From NCBI GenBank assembly GCA_964016885.1, contig OZ024741.1, positions 354,454,001 to 354,518,000 of the forward strand: DNA of 64,000 nt. The letters run 5' to 3'. The notes under the pieces were generated by a model. It was not told the DNA's origin, did no database searches, and saw only the letters and a list, made by a program, of their open reading frames with translations. How positions within the stretch are numbered: the first letter of the stretch is position 1; each line of letters starts with the position of its first letter. The stretch comes from Eledone cirrhosa. Its lineage: Eukaryota. Below, in pieces: positions 45,561-59,123 of this stretch. A program made the translations under genes and the position numbers.

Positions 45561-45866
45561 TGTCACCCATTGCTCCATCTCCCATATTGCAACTAAACAT
45601 CATATCTGGTGGTTGTATCGCTATCTGCCACCTGTACCTAAATATTGAATATATTACTATTGTCATTCATGTGTGGATTGGCAGAACCATATACATTGCA
45701 GTATATTGTTACAGACCTCTTCTTTCTGGTTTTAAATCCCACTAAGGTCAATTTTTCCTTTCATGCTTCCAAGGTGGATAAAACAAAATACCAATCAAAT
45801 ATTGATTTAATTGACCTCTGCCTCCTCAAAAATTGCTAGCCTTGTGCCTAAATTAGAAACTATGTG

Positions 45867-47305
45867 CATTTACTCCGATACTTGTATCCGAGCAGCAGCC
45901 GAGGAGATATGCAACGTTAAGTTTGACGACATAGGGTGGCAACAAGCCACTTTACATGTTAGGTATGGTGGCCTTGGCCTCCGGTCCTCGATCACACTAG
46001 CTTTGCCGGCGTATCTTTCGTCGGTAACCTCATGCCACGTCCTCATCAGCAGGGTTCTTCAAAACACAACAGAACCCTCTGTGTTCAGAGAATGTGAGGC
46101 CACCTGTGAGACGTAGAACCGGCTGGGACTTAGCCCAGTAGACGTCCCTCCTCCTTCTCCCCCTGTTGACGTCAAGTCCCCCAATGCACTTGGGATGCCA
46201 TCCAGTGCAGCCTGGCCTCTGACAGGCTCACACGCCAGCTCGACCAGCACCGCCTTGCTTGTTTTCGTGCAGCCTCCAAACTCCACAGTGGTGCCTGGCT
46301 CCATGCCCTGCCCTCCTTCTCCACTGGCATGCAGCTAGACAACCATAGCCTGCGCATCAGCGTTTCCCTGAGGCTTGGCCTCCGGATCTGCCAGCCACAC
46401 CAATGTCACTGCGGTTCCACCATGGACTCTTTTGGCCTCCACCTGCTTTCCTGTAGCCACAGTGCCGGCCGCATTCCACGCCATGCTGCCTTCAACGAGG
46501 TCATTAAGCGTTGCTTGGACGCTGCAGGCTTCCCTTCCCAGCTCGAGCCGGTGGGGCTGGATTGAGGGGAAAGCAAAAGGCCAGATGGCATGACCATCTT
46601 CCTGTTCCGCGGTGGCAAACCCCTCGTCTGGGATGCCACTTGCACCGACACTTTCTGCAGCAGCAACCTGGTGCAGTCTGCGACTGACCCAGGTTCTGCT
46701 GCACGTCGGGCTGAGGGGGCCAAACTCCTCAAATACCGGTCGCTCTCCGACAGGTTTGCGGTCGTACTCCTGGCAGTGGAGACTTCTGGTGTCCTCGGCC
46801 CCAGAGCTACCTCCCTACTCACCACCATAGGCGCTGAGCTGGCCAGCCGCAGGTGTGAGCCCCGCGAGTTGGAGTGGCTCTTCCAGCGTGTCTCCCTCGC
46901 CGTCCTCCAAGGAAACGCCTTCTCCATTCTGTCTGCCGGGGCTGTGGGTGGGCCCCATCGTGTACCGTTTTAGTTGTTGTAGAAGAAACGGGAGCTAAAT
47001 TGTATAGTGATATTAATGTTAGTTTACTAACTTCTCAATTCTTGAGACTGTCCTGCATAACCGAGTCTGTTTTGGCGTTGTATATATTCATTTGTTGACG
47101 CCATTTTATGACTAATCTTACAATGTCTTATTACTAGTTCTACCATTAAAAAATGTATGTTTTAGTTCTACATTAAAAAATTATAATGTACATTTTATCA
47201 GCATATATTTTAATTTTTTGTTGAAGGTATAAAATATGAAATTATATCAATATGAGCCGTTTTATGTGAAAATCTGAAATGGTAGAATAAATAAAGAAGT
47301 AAATA
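45867..47305 (+). mobile_element. CRE-clade non-LTR retrotransposon 3' part (restriction-like endonuclease), 5'-truncated, GC-rich
   Basis: QATL..GGLGLR, SGAWLHALP, CHCG..HLLSC (CCHC), RH, RPDG..WDATC, K..KY, AVETSG, QRVSLAVLQGNA. One in-frame TGA at ~46563. AT-rich 3' UTR with aataaa. Confidence 0.9.
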
Positions 47306-49097
47306 ATCTGAGCTATGAAGGCATTTGAAAAATGTTAGCTATTTCATGAGGTGACTACCTCCTTTAGATAATATAAAACGGCAACCAGTTGATAGATCTC
47401 TAAGTATGAGATACTTTCTCATATTCAGCATTTTTGTAATGATTTTCAAAATATTTTCCACAAATTTACTATTATGGGTTATGTAATTATTTAAAGAGGT
47501 CACATTCGCTGATAAACTATATAGTAAGGAAAGTCATATAATGATTGAAACATTACTAGTCAGTGGCAAAAAGATAGCTGTTCAATTATAAATGTAATAA
47601 TAGTGTTTAGAGTTTTAAATGAAGATATGTTGAAAGAGGAAATGGAAAATGGGTGAAGAAGAATTTGAATAGAAAAAGAAAATATACATATTTTAAAAGA
47701 CATTTAGATAAGGACCTCTACTTCTTTAAAATAAATTTTCTAACAGAAATAGATTTCTATAATCCTCTGCTCATGAAAGGTTGCTGTGAGTATCCAGTTT
47801 AGAGTAGATACACTGTCCTGCATGCCATAAGAGGAGACTAAAAGGATTGGTGCTAAGAAGGACCCCATGATGAGCAAGAAACCTACCACAAAGCCTGCAA
47901 TGTAGGGTGAAATGGCCTTAAAATGCTTCCTGCTGTTCTTCTTGTGAAAGGATGATTTCATGCTAAGGTCATGGTTAACTAAAAACATAATATAAAGAAT
48001 TTTAATGTAGGAAGACTAATGTAATGTATAGTTGAGTATATAAAGAAACATAGTAAAATAAAATTGCTTATAGTCAGTACATATGCAGACGGCAAATTGG
48101 CAGAGTTGTTAGAATATCAATTAGAATACTTTGCAGTATTCGTCTGAGCTCTCTCAGTTCAAATCATGCTTTTCATTCTTTCAAAGTCAATAAAAGAAGT
48201 ACCAGTCAAGTACTGGAGTCAATTCTTTATATCTCTTTCTCATTTCCTCTCTCAAAGCAATCAACAGTATTTTGACTTGGAAAGATGGGTTTCAACCGGT
48301 TTAAAAGGACAAAACATGTTGTATGTAACGGTGCCCCCCACCCCATACAACTTCATCAAGTGTTATGGGTATGTACATATGTATAGATTATATTCATTCC
48401 TAATGAAATGAGAAGAAAAAATACTTTAGGTGTCTATGTCATCCAGAAATAGAAAATATGGATAAACAAGAAAAATAAAGTAATACAGCAATTCTAGAAA
48501 TAGAATTATCTCTTTAATTTTCAACTTGCGAAGCCTTCACTGTTAGCGATTATAGTCACTCTACATGTTAAACCTAACTCTAGTTAATTTTCCTGGATAC
48601 CCCACATTCCATAATAAGTGTAATTAGTTCTGAAATGTGAGATTGGTGTTCCCCTTTCATAACCAAAACAATTTTAGGCTAGAGCTGTTACCAACCTTTT
48701 CCAAACTATAAATGAGTCTCATTATAAATCACCATAGGGCAGTAGATTGGCAGTCATTAGCGTGTCAAATAGAATAATTAGCAGTATCTTTTCTAGCTGT
48801 CTGCACTCTGAGTTCAAATCTCACCAAGGTCAACTTTGCCTTTCATTCTTCAAGGAGAGGGGTACACTAAAATAAAGTACAAGACAAATACTGGCATTGA
48901 TATAATCGGCTTACCACTTCAACCTGATTGCAGGCCTTGTGCTTATATTGAAAGGAATTATACAGCACCATCAAAAGTGGTGTATCCCCATTACCAAAAT
49001 GTTAGATTGCAGCCAAAGAAAAAAATAAATATATAAAACAATTCAGCCACACTTAAGTATGAATGAAAAATAATCACCAGTTGAATCTTCCAAACAT

Positions 49098-49307
49098 TAA
49101 CCCTTTAGCATTTAAACCAGCCATATCTCACCTCTTTCTGTTCAAACAAATCACTCATACTGATATTAAGGTATTGTTCTCAAAATATTAAATAATAATA
49201 TCAAAATCTCATAGATGTGATATTATGTGAGATAATTATGTAAGGTAAAGCCTTTACCGTGAAAATACAATAGTAAATATAGAGTAATGTAAATGCTAAA
49301 GGATTAA
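49098..49307. mobile_element. piggyBac-like MITE
   Basis: ttaa-ccctttagcattta ... taaatgctaaagga-ttaa. A related end lies at 3068-3086. Confidence 0.75.
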
Positions 49308-49564
49308 GTACTAAACTAAATGCTATACTCCTTATCACAACTTTCTGTTCTGTTGCTGACAACTTGAATTAGTTAAAAGTTGATATCACTATGTCAATTC
49401 AAATGAATCTGTACAAAGTTTAATGGCTCAAATATTTTTGGTGTAATCATTGTATTTTTATATATGATGAAGTATGATTTAAAATATCAGTTTTAGGATG
49501 AATATAAGTGTGTATGTGAACATATACATGTGTGTTATAAAGACTAGAAAATGGACATAATAAT

Positions 49565-49857
49565 GGTCTAAGACTAAGTCTAAAGTCTGTCATAAGCCAG
49601 AAGGCTCGTTAGGCCGGTGCTTATGCCGGTTTTGTGGTATGAAGTGACTGACAGTACAAGACTCACCCCTGGACAGGATGCCAGTCCATTGCAGGGTTAA
49701 ACCCCCAGCTGGTACTCATTTTCAGCTGAGTATAGTGGAGCATCATGAAATGAAGTATTTTGCTCAAGAACAACATGCAACCCAGTCCAGGAATCAAATC
49801 CACAACATTATGATCGTAAGTCCAACACCCTTACCACTAGGCCCCACACCTCCACAT
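49565..49857 (-). mobile_element. tRNA-derived SINE with CORE-like and V-like domains
   Basis: The reverse strand has a tRNA head, cttgagcaaaatact, ccctgcaatggactggcatcctgtccagggg and a (gactta)n tail. Confidence 0.8.
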
Positions 49858-50152
49858 AATAATGGAGCTAAAAAAAATATGACATGAATTTTTTTTTATA
49901 AATGTTAATAGAACTAATACAATAATATCTCAATTAATACATTTCTTCAAATAGCATGATTCTTGAATTAACACAATTTATGAATTCACACCAAATATAA
50001 AAAAATAACAAATCTCAATTAACACAATACATAGAGGTGACAGAGATACCTTCCAAAGATCATGTATCTAAAACAAAACATTAAAGCAATATATCCAACA
50101 GAAGCTGTTGGATATTGGTAGACTAGTTGCTATATGAAATGTAACTTCCCAG

Positions 50153-50252
50153 CAGGTCTACCTTGCCATCAAACATAACCAAATATAATACATAATCTAC
50201 ACAGGTCTACCTTGCCATCAAACATAACCAAATATAATACATAATCTACACA
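50153..50252. repeat. ~49 bp tandem duplication
   Basis: caggtctaccttgccatc...ataatctaca occurs twice. Confidence 0.9.
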
Positions 50253-50299
50253 ATATGTTATAACCAAATACAATATGTTATCTAACAATGGATAAATGT

Positions 50300-50720
50300 A
50301 AGACAAACCAGAAGAGAAGAAAGTTTTAATTCTAGATGATAAATTAGAAGTTATAAAAAAAGCATGAACGTGTTAATAGCAGAAAAAGAATCACAGCAAG
50401 ACTTGAGAAAAAAAAATAAAGCAACAATGTGAAGAGTGATAGATAACTGTAAGAAAAGAGGTAAAGCTACATCAAATTTAGGTAAGCAAACAAAAAGAAA
50501 TATAAGCAATATCATGATTGAAATGAAGCATCTGTTGTCTATGAAGATGGAAGATTTCAAGCAAAAATAAATTCCCAAAAGCACCTATTAAATTGAAAGC
50601 TTGAAGCATCTTCTCTGAAATTAAAGAACAGTTAACAAAAAAAAAAAAAAATGAGAAACTGAAAAGAACCGAACACATTCTCTTAATGTTTATTCTGGTT
50701 TTACAGTTGCAAATTCGAAT
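50300..50720 (+). pseudogene. degenerate Tigger/pogo transposase N-terminus (CENP-B-type HTH)
   Basis: Fragments KVLILDDKLEVIKK and KHLLSMKMEDFKQK*IP..IKLKA*SIFSEIKE. Confidence 0.55.
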
Positions 50721-51862
50721 AGTACTATCACAATGTTTTGAAAAGAATAATTAAAGGAGGATTGTTTACAAATAAATATTCAATGTTGATAAAATGGGTC
50801 TATTCTGGAAATAAATGCCTTAAAAGATATTTTTGTTGAAAAATGAAAAACCACAATATAAATTTGAAATGTCTAAGATCACTTAATATTTTATTTTTTT
50901 CCTTATTGGTTCAGTCTGGAGAAAAGGGCTGTGCCCATGGCCTTCATAAATTCTACCTCTTTTGAGAGGAGGCTGGGAGTGACTTTAAATTAAAACTCAT
51001 ATTTGTGTATCATGCATAGAATCCCAGAGCTCTTAAAGGAAAGGAGAAAGACAATATGCACTGATTATGTGTGTCAACAAAGAATAGAGGCAAAATTACA
51101 AACAGAGTCTCAGTTGATTGAAGTTTGTTTCCCCAAATGCCATATTCAGATAACTTGACAGTATTTATATATTACACACCAGGCAGCCTCAGGCATTTTC
51201 GCCTCTACTCTTTTTTAACACTTAATCAGAACATAATTACTTCCTCCTTTTCTATATATTTGACCATATTCTAATCAAGGCTTCCCTAAAGAGATCTAAT
51301 AAAATTAAAATATGTCTGTTGCTTTCACCAAATTGGCTTGTAAACAAGGTCCACTCTCACAGCATTGTCTAAATTATTCAAAAGAATTTGGATCAGCTCT
51401 TTTGCTTGCTTCTTATGATTTAAACACTTCAAAAGGGAGTTTAGGTCTTGAAATTGTATGGATAGTTTTGGATGATTGCAGTGTTTTGTCCTACTTGCCA
51501 CATTCAGACAATGATACTCTATTTGTATATATACATTTCATAGAGTGTTGGGAAGGACATCCTTCCATAAAAACTATGGCATGACTCTTTAGTTGTGATA
51601 AGGACATGACAACCTCCCTATTACTGTTGCCACCATAAAAATACACCTAGTACACTCTGTAAAGTTGTTGGTGATAAGAAGTGCTTCCAGTTGTAGATAC
51701 CATGCCAAAACCAGAAGGTATGCAAGTTAGATGCAGTAACCCCACCCCACCACTCCGGTCTGCTTGGGAGATCAAGAGGTCTATTCAAGTACTGATTTGG
51801 TTTGTGACAAATCATCCAACCTATGCCAGTATAGATACACAGATGTTAAATGAGGATAATAA

Positions 51863-51970
<108 letters not shown>

Positions 51971-52644
51971 TCATCATCATTTTTCTGTTTTCTCTGCTAG
52001 TAAGGGTTGGATGGGTTGTTACAGACCAAATCAGTACCCAGCTGGAGCCACTGACCTCCCAGGTGGGCCAGGAGCAACAACTTGCTTTTATACATTCCCA
52101 TACTCTGCAGAGTATACTGTGTGAATTTTATGACAACAGCATTAAAGAATTTGTCATATACGTACATACTATATACACACACATACATACATACAACACA
52201 CATACATACATACAAACATATTCAGTTTTCATGCACTTTTGAAATGTGCCCAGATGTTACAACTCTTGTCAGAGAAATACTGGTAAATACTTGGATGTAA
52301 GGTTTTGAGAAAGAGGAAAGGAAAGGCAAGGCTAAATCTGCTAGGAGAACGGATAGGGTTTAGAAAACGGGTGGTGGAAGAGGATGTGGTAGAGAAGAAA
52401 ATGAGGGAGGAGACGGATGAGTCCCTTCCCCTCTATTTAAGAGTTGAAAACTGAGAAGGGTGGAAGCAAAGGAAAGAACAGGACAAGGCTGGTGGGATGG
52501 GAAATTTCTATGAAAAATGATCCTATTATTAGTAATACTGAGGACTATTTTCGGAGTAATGGTGAGAGCAACATAAAAAAGTAGTGAGAGGAGAAATTTG
52601 ATATAAATAGTGATATTAGTAATAATGGAGAATAAGAAAAAGAA

Positions 52645-53060
52645 AATAGTTTCTAAATTTGGCACAAGGCCAGCAATTTGGGGCAGGGGAAGTCGATTAA
52701 ACCAACACCAGTCATGCACTGGTACTTTATTTTACCAACCCCCCTCCCTATCCCCCCAGAAGCATGAAAAGCAAAGTTGACCTCAGAACAAATACCACAA
52801 AGAATTTTGTCTGACACTTTATTGATCCTATTAACCTACTACCCTTTTTAATAACTTCTAATTTAGGCAAAAGGCCAGCAATTTGACCTTGGTAGAATTT
52901 GAACTCAGAGCATATAATGCCAGAACAAATGCTATCAGGAATTTGTCTGAAGCATTAATGATTCTATGAATCGATTAATAATAATTGTTTCTAATTTAGG
53001 CACAAGACCAGCAATTTTTGAGGGGACGGGAAAGTTGATTAAATCAACTCAGTATATAAG
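52645..53060 (-). mobile_element. three adjacent partial family 1 SINEs
   Basis: ttctaaatttggcacaaggccagcaattt-like tail at ~52650, 52855 and 52985. Confidence 0.8.
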
Positions 53061-55661
53061 TAGCATGCTATCATCCAGAGTTACAGGGTCATACATACAT
53101 ATATACATCAACCAATGAAACCTTCAACATATTCCCACTAACCATAGTTATCTGCTTGGATTCTTGTGTCAAACCTTATTAAGGATTTAACAAACTCATT
53201 AAACATTTAATAAAAAAAAAATCTGTAATATCTTACTATATCAGATATTATAGTAGAAGTACTTACACAGTCTAGTTCAAATTAAGTGGTTGATAAATTC
53301 TCTACAGAGCAGGCAAGATGCCAAGATTAAAACATTCAGTTGAAAAAGCATATAGACATTTATATACCTAATTTTAGAAAGAAGGGGACATAAACTTAAT
53401 AAAGGCATTCCTCGAGATACAGCCCACTTGCAATTACAAGCATTTATATTTTCTCTTGGTATCCATTATACTTCAGCAGTTGGATTTGAATATTTCTACA
53501 TCCAAACATACATACACAAAGAAATATACATATAATAATTGTTTCTACTTTTGGCACAAGGCCAGCAATTATAATAATGTTATATTATATTAGTTAGTTA
53601 GTACATCATCATCATCATCATCATATGTCCATTTTCTCAGCTAGCAAGGGTTGGACAGGTTGTCACAAACTGAGTCAGTACTCATCCTGCTTACTGAACG
53701 CCCTACCAAGTGCTTAGATGAGTTGAGAGCCCACATCCTGCTTACATATATTCTGGTGCTTTATTGAGTGCATTTTTCATGGCACCAACACTAGAGAAGT
53801 TACTATGTCATGGATACAGCTGAAGAGTTCTCTCTTTGTTTGACAAGTTTTCTTATCACCAACCACATTACAGAGTGTACCGGGTGTGTTTATTGTGTAG
53901 ATCACCAATATTAGGGAGGTTATCATGTAATACACTTCCTACACTTTATTATGTAGATCACCATCACTAGAAGGGTTGTCATGTCATGTCTTTGATACAG
54001 CTGAGGAGTCTTCAATGCATTTAAACCTCCAACCTCACAGGTTATCAAGTTATGACCACAGTGATTCATGCCCAGCTAGTCGGAACAGAATCCAGTCTAA
54101 GTTGAAGAGTACCTGTGGAGTGGAATGAACCCCCATCAGTGTCAACAATGAGTGTTCCAGTTGTTTTAGCAACAGAATAGCTTGCTTGCTCATGAAATTA
54201 ACCTGTAACTGACTGAGCAGTCCACAGACACGTGTACCCTTAATTTAAGATTCAGTGTGACTCACTATATGACAAAGCTAGCCCTTTAAATTACAGATAC
54301 AGTTTACCAGACAGGCTTCCAAATAGTTTCCATCTCCCCAATTTCACTCACAATGCATGGGTCAACTCAATGACACTTGCACAAAATATCACACAGTGGT
54401 ATTGAGCCACGTAACTAATGATTGCAAAGCGAACTCCTTAATTATTTAGCCATGCTGCATTAACAAAAGTATCTGTATAGTATGATCAGTAATATAGTCA
54501 ATAATTAATCGACAGATATGTGGTTTAAGTCCTGTTACTAAGTTTGTTATTCTTTTTCAATCTCAAATTAATGCTATACTGGTTTAATCCCAGGTCTTCC
54601 TGTGTCTGCTTCTTCCATTAGTATCAACAACCTATCTAATGGTGGTGATCTATACAATAAATGCACCCAGTAACACTGTAAAATGGTTGGTAATATGAAG
54701 GGTATCCAGCCATAGAAAGTCTTCCAAACAAATGGTTGGGGGACTTTTCAGCTGTGTCAGAGACATAACAACTTACCTAGTGCTGACAACACAATAAAAT
54801 GCACTCAATAGAGTGCAGGATGATATGTAAGTAAGATGTAGGTCCCTAGCTCATATAAAAGCTCCACTTGAGTACTAACTTGTTTTATGAATACATGTCC
54901 AACCCTTGCTAGCAGGGAAAAAAGCATTAAATGATAGTAATGAAGATGATTATTTACATTTTTTATCTGGTCATTTATAAAAAGTGTGTTTATGTATGTG
55001 CATGTGTGTCTGTGAACACATACATATATTGTGAATGTGTCTACATACAAATGTATGTGTGCTTGTCTTTGTAAACAGGATTAGAGACTCATACCTAAAA
55101 CGATTTCATGCATGAAACCTTTATTAAAACAAGTATGGGTTAGTGATCTTGTTTACCATACAATAAACTCCATTCATTTCTAATACAAAAGGGGATTAAA
55201 TACTTATATTTTTGTGTCATGAAACATATAGACACACACACATACACAGTGAAAGATGCTTACTGAGATCACTTTAGGATGAACCATTTTTGACAACAAT
55301 AACTGGTGATAACGTTTAGCAAATACAGAATTTGGGATCTTCTAATTTTGATAACAATAATCGTTTGATAACAATAATCATTTGATAACTTAATCATCAT
55401 CATCAGCGTTTTTCATCTATTTTCCATTCTTGCATGAGTTAGACAGGTTGTCACATATGAGACAAGTCAGGTTGAGAGACCATGTCTTGCTTATACAGAT
55501 TTGTATTTTGGCTTGGTTTCTACTGCTGGATGCCCTTCCTAACACCAACTACCTAGTAACCAGCACGACCACCTTACAGGGTGGAATGGATGCTTTTTGT
55601 TGTGACACCAGCACAACCACCTCAACTGATGTATGTATGTGTGTATGTGTACATATAGATA

Positions 55662-55830
55662 CAGACATGGCTGTGTGGTTTTAGAAGTTCATTTCAGAAT
55701 CATGTGGTTTCATGTTTAGTTCCACTGCGCAGCACCTTTGGCAAGTATCTTCTACTATAACCTTGGGCCAACAAATATCCTGTGAGTGAATTTGATAGAT
55801 GGAAACTATGCAGAAAGCCAACATATGCTT
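55662..55830 (+). mobile_element. tRNA-derived CORE-like SINE (family 3)
   Basis: tggctgtgtggtt..gttccactgcgcagcacctttggcaagtatcttctact. Relatives at 57950-58230 (+) and 54180-54460 (-). Confidence 0.7.
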
Positions 55831-56789
55831 ATATCAGAGACAGATTCAGTATTTTTGTGGCCCTAAGAAAGTGTTTATTTCTCTTAATGATTAATCCAGC
55901 CCTGATACACACACACAAACTACCATCTTACACACACAAGAATGTATGTATGGTGGTAGTGTCATCTGGAGTAACAATAAAATGCTCCCCATATACACTG
56001 TAAAGGGGTTGGCATTTGTAGCATACATATAGACACAGTTTATAAAATTCACCAGCAACAGTTTTTTTGTCTCCTATAAGCAATCTATCTGACTGACTTA
56101 CACCATAATCTTAGAATAAAATGTCAGATGGCATCAGACTGTGTCTGGTCTGCCTGCTACTGTTACCATGAAATCCAGTACAATCTGCTACATGGTCCAG
56201 AGGTTGGTCATTAAACCAACTCCCTATCAGACCCTGGTAAGTGGAAACCCAGCAGCACAAAAAACAAGAGCTGTAAAATAGGCAGATTAACTCCTCTGAG
56301 TCAATCGCTATCCACCCCAACTATGGGTTAAATAGCATCACCAACCCACAATTGGTCAAGTGTGGTGAGTACGGCTACATCCCTGACATGACCAAAACCA
56401 AACAGAAAGTGGTGGAGGTCTACCAGAGAGGGGTTCCTCCAACAAGAGTGAGAAGGGATTGAATTGGATATCAGGCTGTAGAAAACCTGCCTCGGAGGTT
56501 TCACCCAGCCCATGCAAATATGGAAAAGCAAACATGATGATGATAACAACTATGTTGATGATGACAATGATAGTGATGGTAATGATGATAATGGTGATGT
56601 TACTACATATATATTGCATCATTTCTCTTCATAATGGGTTGCACTGCTCTTAGGTGTATGTTTATTTCTACTGTTTGTTACTGTACACTATAGTTATAAA
56701 TCATGCTCTCATTACTGCGATATACAAACATATTCTAAAAATATTAGCTGTGCTATACTGCTACTATTATTGCTTGATGGATTTGCAGC

Positions 56790-57380
56790 AAAGAGTTACG
56801 GCCCTTTATGATCTGAGTTCAAATCCCGCCGAGGTTAACTTTGCCTTTCATCCTTACGGGGTCGATAAAATAAAGTACTAGTAATACACTGGAATAATTG
56901 CTGGCCTTGTGCCAAAAGTAGAAACAATTATTGCTTCTACTAAGGGTGGTGGATTGACAGTCATTAGAGCGTCCACCAAATGTGTAGCAGTATTTGTTTC
57001 AGCCTTTTATGTTCTGAGTTCAAATTCCACTGAGTTCAAATTCTGTTTTGTCTTTTATCCATTTGAGGGTCGATAATATAAAGTACCAGTAATGCACTGG
57101 GTAATTGCTGGCCTTGTGCCTAAAGTAGAAACAATTATTGCTTCTACTAAGGTTATTGGATTGGCAAAGTTTTTAGAGCATCAATCACATGCTCAGCAGT
57201 ATTTGTTCTGGTCATTTATGTTCTGAGTTCAAATCCTGCAGAAGTCAAGTTTGATTTTCATCCGTCCAGCATTGATAAAATAAAGTAGCAGTCAAGTACG
57301 GGGGTTGGTTTAATCAACTTTCCTCTCCCCCAAATAACTGCACTTGTGCATAAAGTAGCAATCCTTATTGCTTCTACTAA
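56790..57380 (+). mobile_element. head-to-tail array of three family 1 SINEs
   Basis: Each copy is followed by ttattgcttctactaa (56928, 57135, 57365). Confidence 0.9.
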
Positions 57381-58232
57381 TAAATATTATTACACAGAAA
57401 TTTGGTAATACTTTTCTAGATTCTAATATTTAATTCATGACAATATACAGTACAATTATAATAATAACATTTTTATCAGTGATATACCAGTTCATCTGCA
57501 ACATGTGGCATTTTAGACAGTAACTAATGAAATCCAATATCTCAGCTAAGGATTAAACTTATGAGCCACTATTGATCAAGCACTCTTTGTTTAATATTTG
57601 CAGTAATATATTTTTATTGATTTCATACTAATTCATGCATATTAATAAGAACGAATAAGTAACATAATTGGCAATGACAGTTTTGTTATTGTTTTTTTTA
57701 ATTAAAAAACAAAATATGAAAAAATATGAAAAAATTAAGATAGGTGAAGGCCATGAATAGCCATGTAGGAAAAAAAATTAATTTTGCAGTTCACATAAGA
57801 GGTTTCTTGAGGGTCTTAATAACAGAGCCCCCCAGTCCAATCATCAAAAGCATTGGTAAATGAAGTGCTTTGCTCAAGAACACAACACAATGCTCGGTCC
57901 AGAAATTGAACCTATGACATTATGATCATGAGCATAACACACTAAACACTAGATAGTTAAGAAGTTTGCTTTGTAATTATGTAGTTTGGGTTCAGTCCCA
58001 CTGCGTGGCACCTTCGGCATGTGTCTTCTACTATGCCTTGTGAATAAAGTTTGATAGGCAGAAAGTGCATGGAAGCCCATCGAAGCCTATCATATATATA
58101 TATGCGTGTGTGTGTGTGTTCCATGTCTGTGTTTACATTTTCTATTTGTCCCCATAACTTAGCAGTTTCAACAGAAAAAAAACAAAAAGATTAACACAAT
58201 GAGCACCAGACATGAAATCAGAACATATATAA

Positions 58233-58426
58233 TAATAATTGTTTCTACTTTAGGCACAAGGCCAGCAATTACCCAGTGCATTACTGCTACTTTATTTTAT
58301 CGACCTCGTAAGGATGAAAGGCAAAGTTAACCTCGGCGGGATTTGAACTCAGATTATACAGGGAGGTAACTCTATGCTTCAAAGCATGGCATCCGACCCT
58401 CTACCGATACTGCCAATCCACCGCTC
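58233..58426 (-). mobile_element. full-length family 1 SINE
   Basis: Near reverse complement of 27510-27700. Confidence 0.9.
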
Positions 58427-58459
58427 CTTATAATAACAATAATAATATCATAGAAGTCA

Positions 58460-59000
58460 TGTTGTTGTTACCCTCTGGGACTCTCCAAACATTTGCAAAA
58501 CAAACAAACAAAAAATGTTTTGGAAAACATGTCTTCTTCCAAGTATGTTGAACAGGGATGCAAATCTTGACAAAATTGCAAATAAAATTCTGAATTCATG
58601 GATATCTTTTGGAAAATTACAATCTTCATAATGTTGTCAATGATATATTTATAATTAAAAAATGACAATATCTATTTTGAAATCATGCAATATCTAACTT
58701 GAAAGCGTGCATTTTGTCTGTTTCGCTGCTTGGCTGTGAAACATAGATAATACTGTATATTAAAAACTTGTTAAATAGTTGGAACATTCTCAAAAGAAAA
58801 AATGTCTTCAATAAATTTTGCATATATCTGGAGACATAAGTGATGTTGAAGTTTTGGCGTCAACAAATCTAAAAGCAGAAGCTCTCTTACAATGTAGCAG
58901 ACTGAGTGAGGTGTAGGTCATATAGAATGAAAGAATTCCGAAGTGCCTATTTCATGGAGAACTATGTTCTGAGAAATGACAATGTTGAAATGCAAAGACT
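58460..59000 (+). mobile_element. old RTE/BovB-like 3' remnant
   Basis: LLLGCET, ISDVEVL and RIPKCLFHGEL fragments. Confidence 0.6.
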
Positions 59001-59084
59001 GCCTTAAATCTGATTTGAAAAAAAAAAGTAATATTTATATTCATGTGGAAAGTCGAGAAAAAATACCATTGAAATGACATAATG

Positions 59085-59120
<36 letters not shown>

Positions 59121-59123
<3 letters not shown>

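Noticed and set aside
56790-57380. CRISPR-like repeat-spacer appearance
   Set aside because: The 'spacers' are homologous SINEs, the context is eukaryotic and there are no cas genes.
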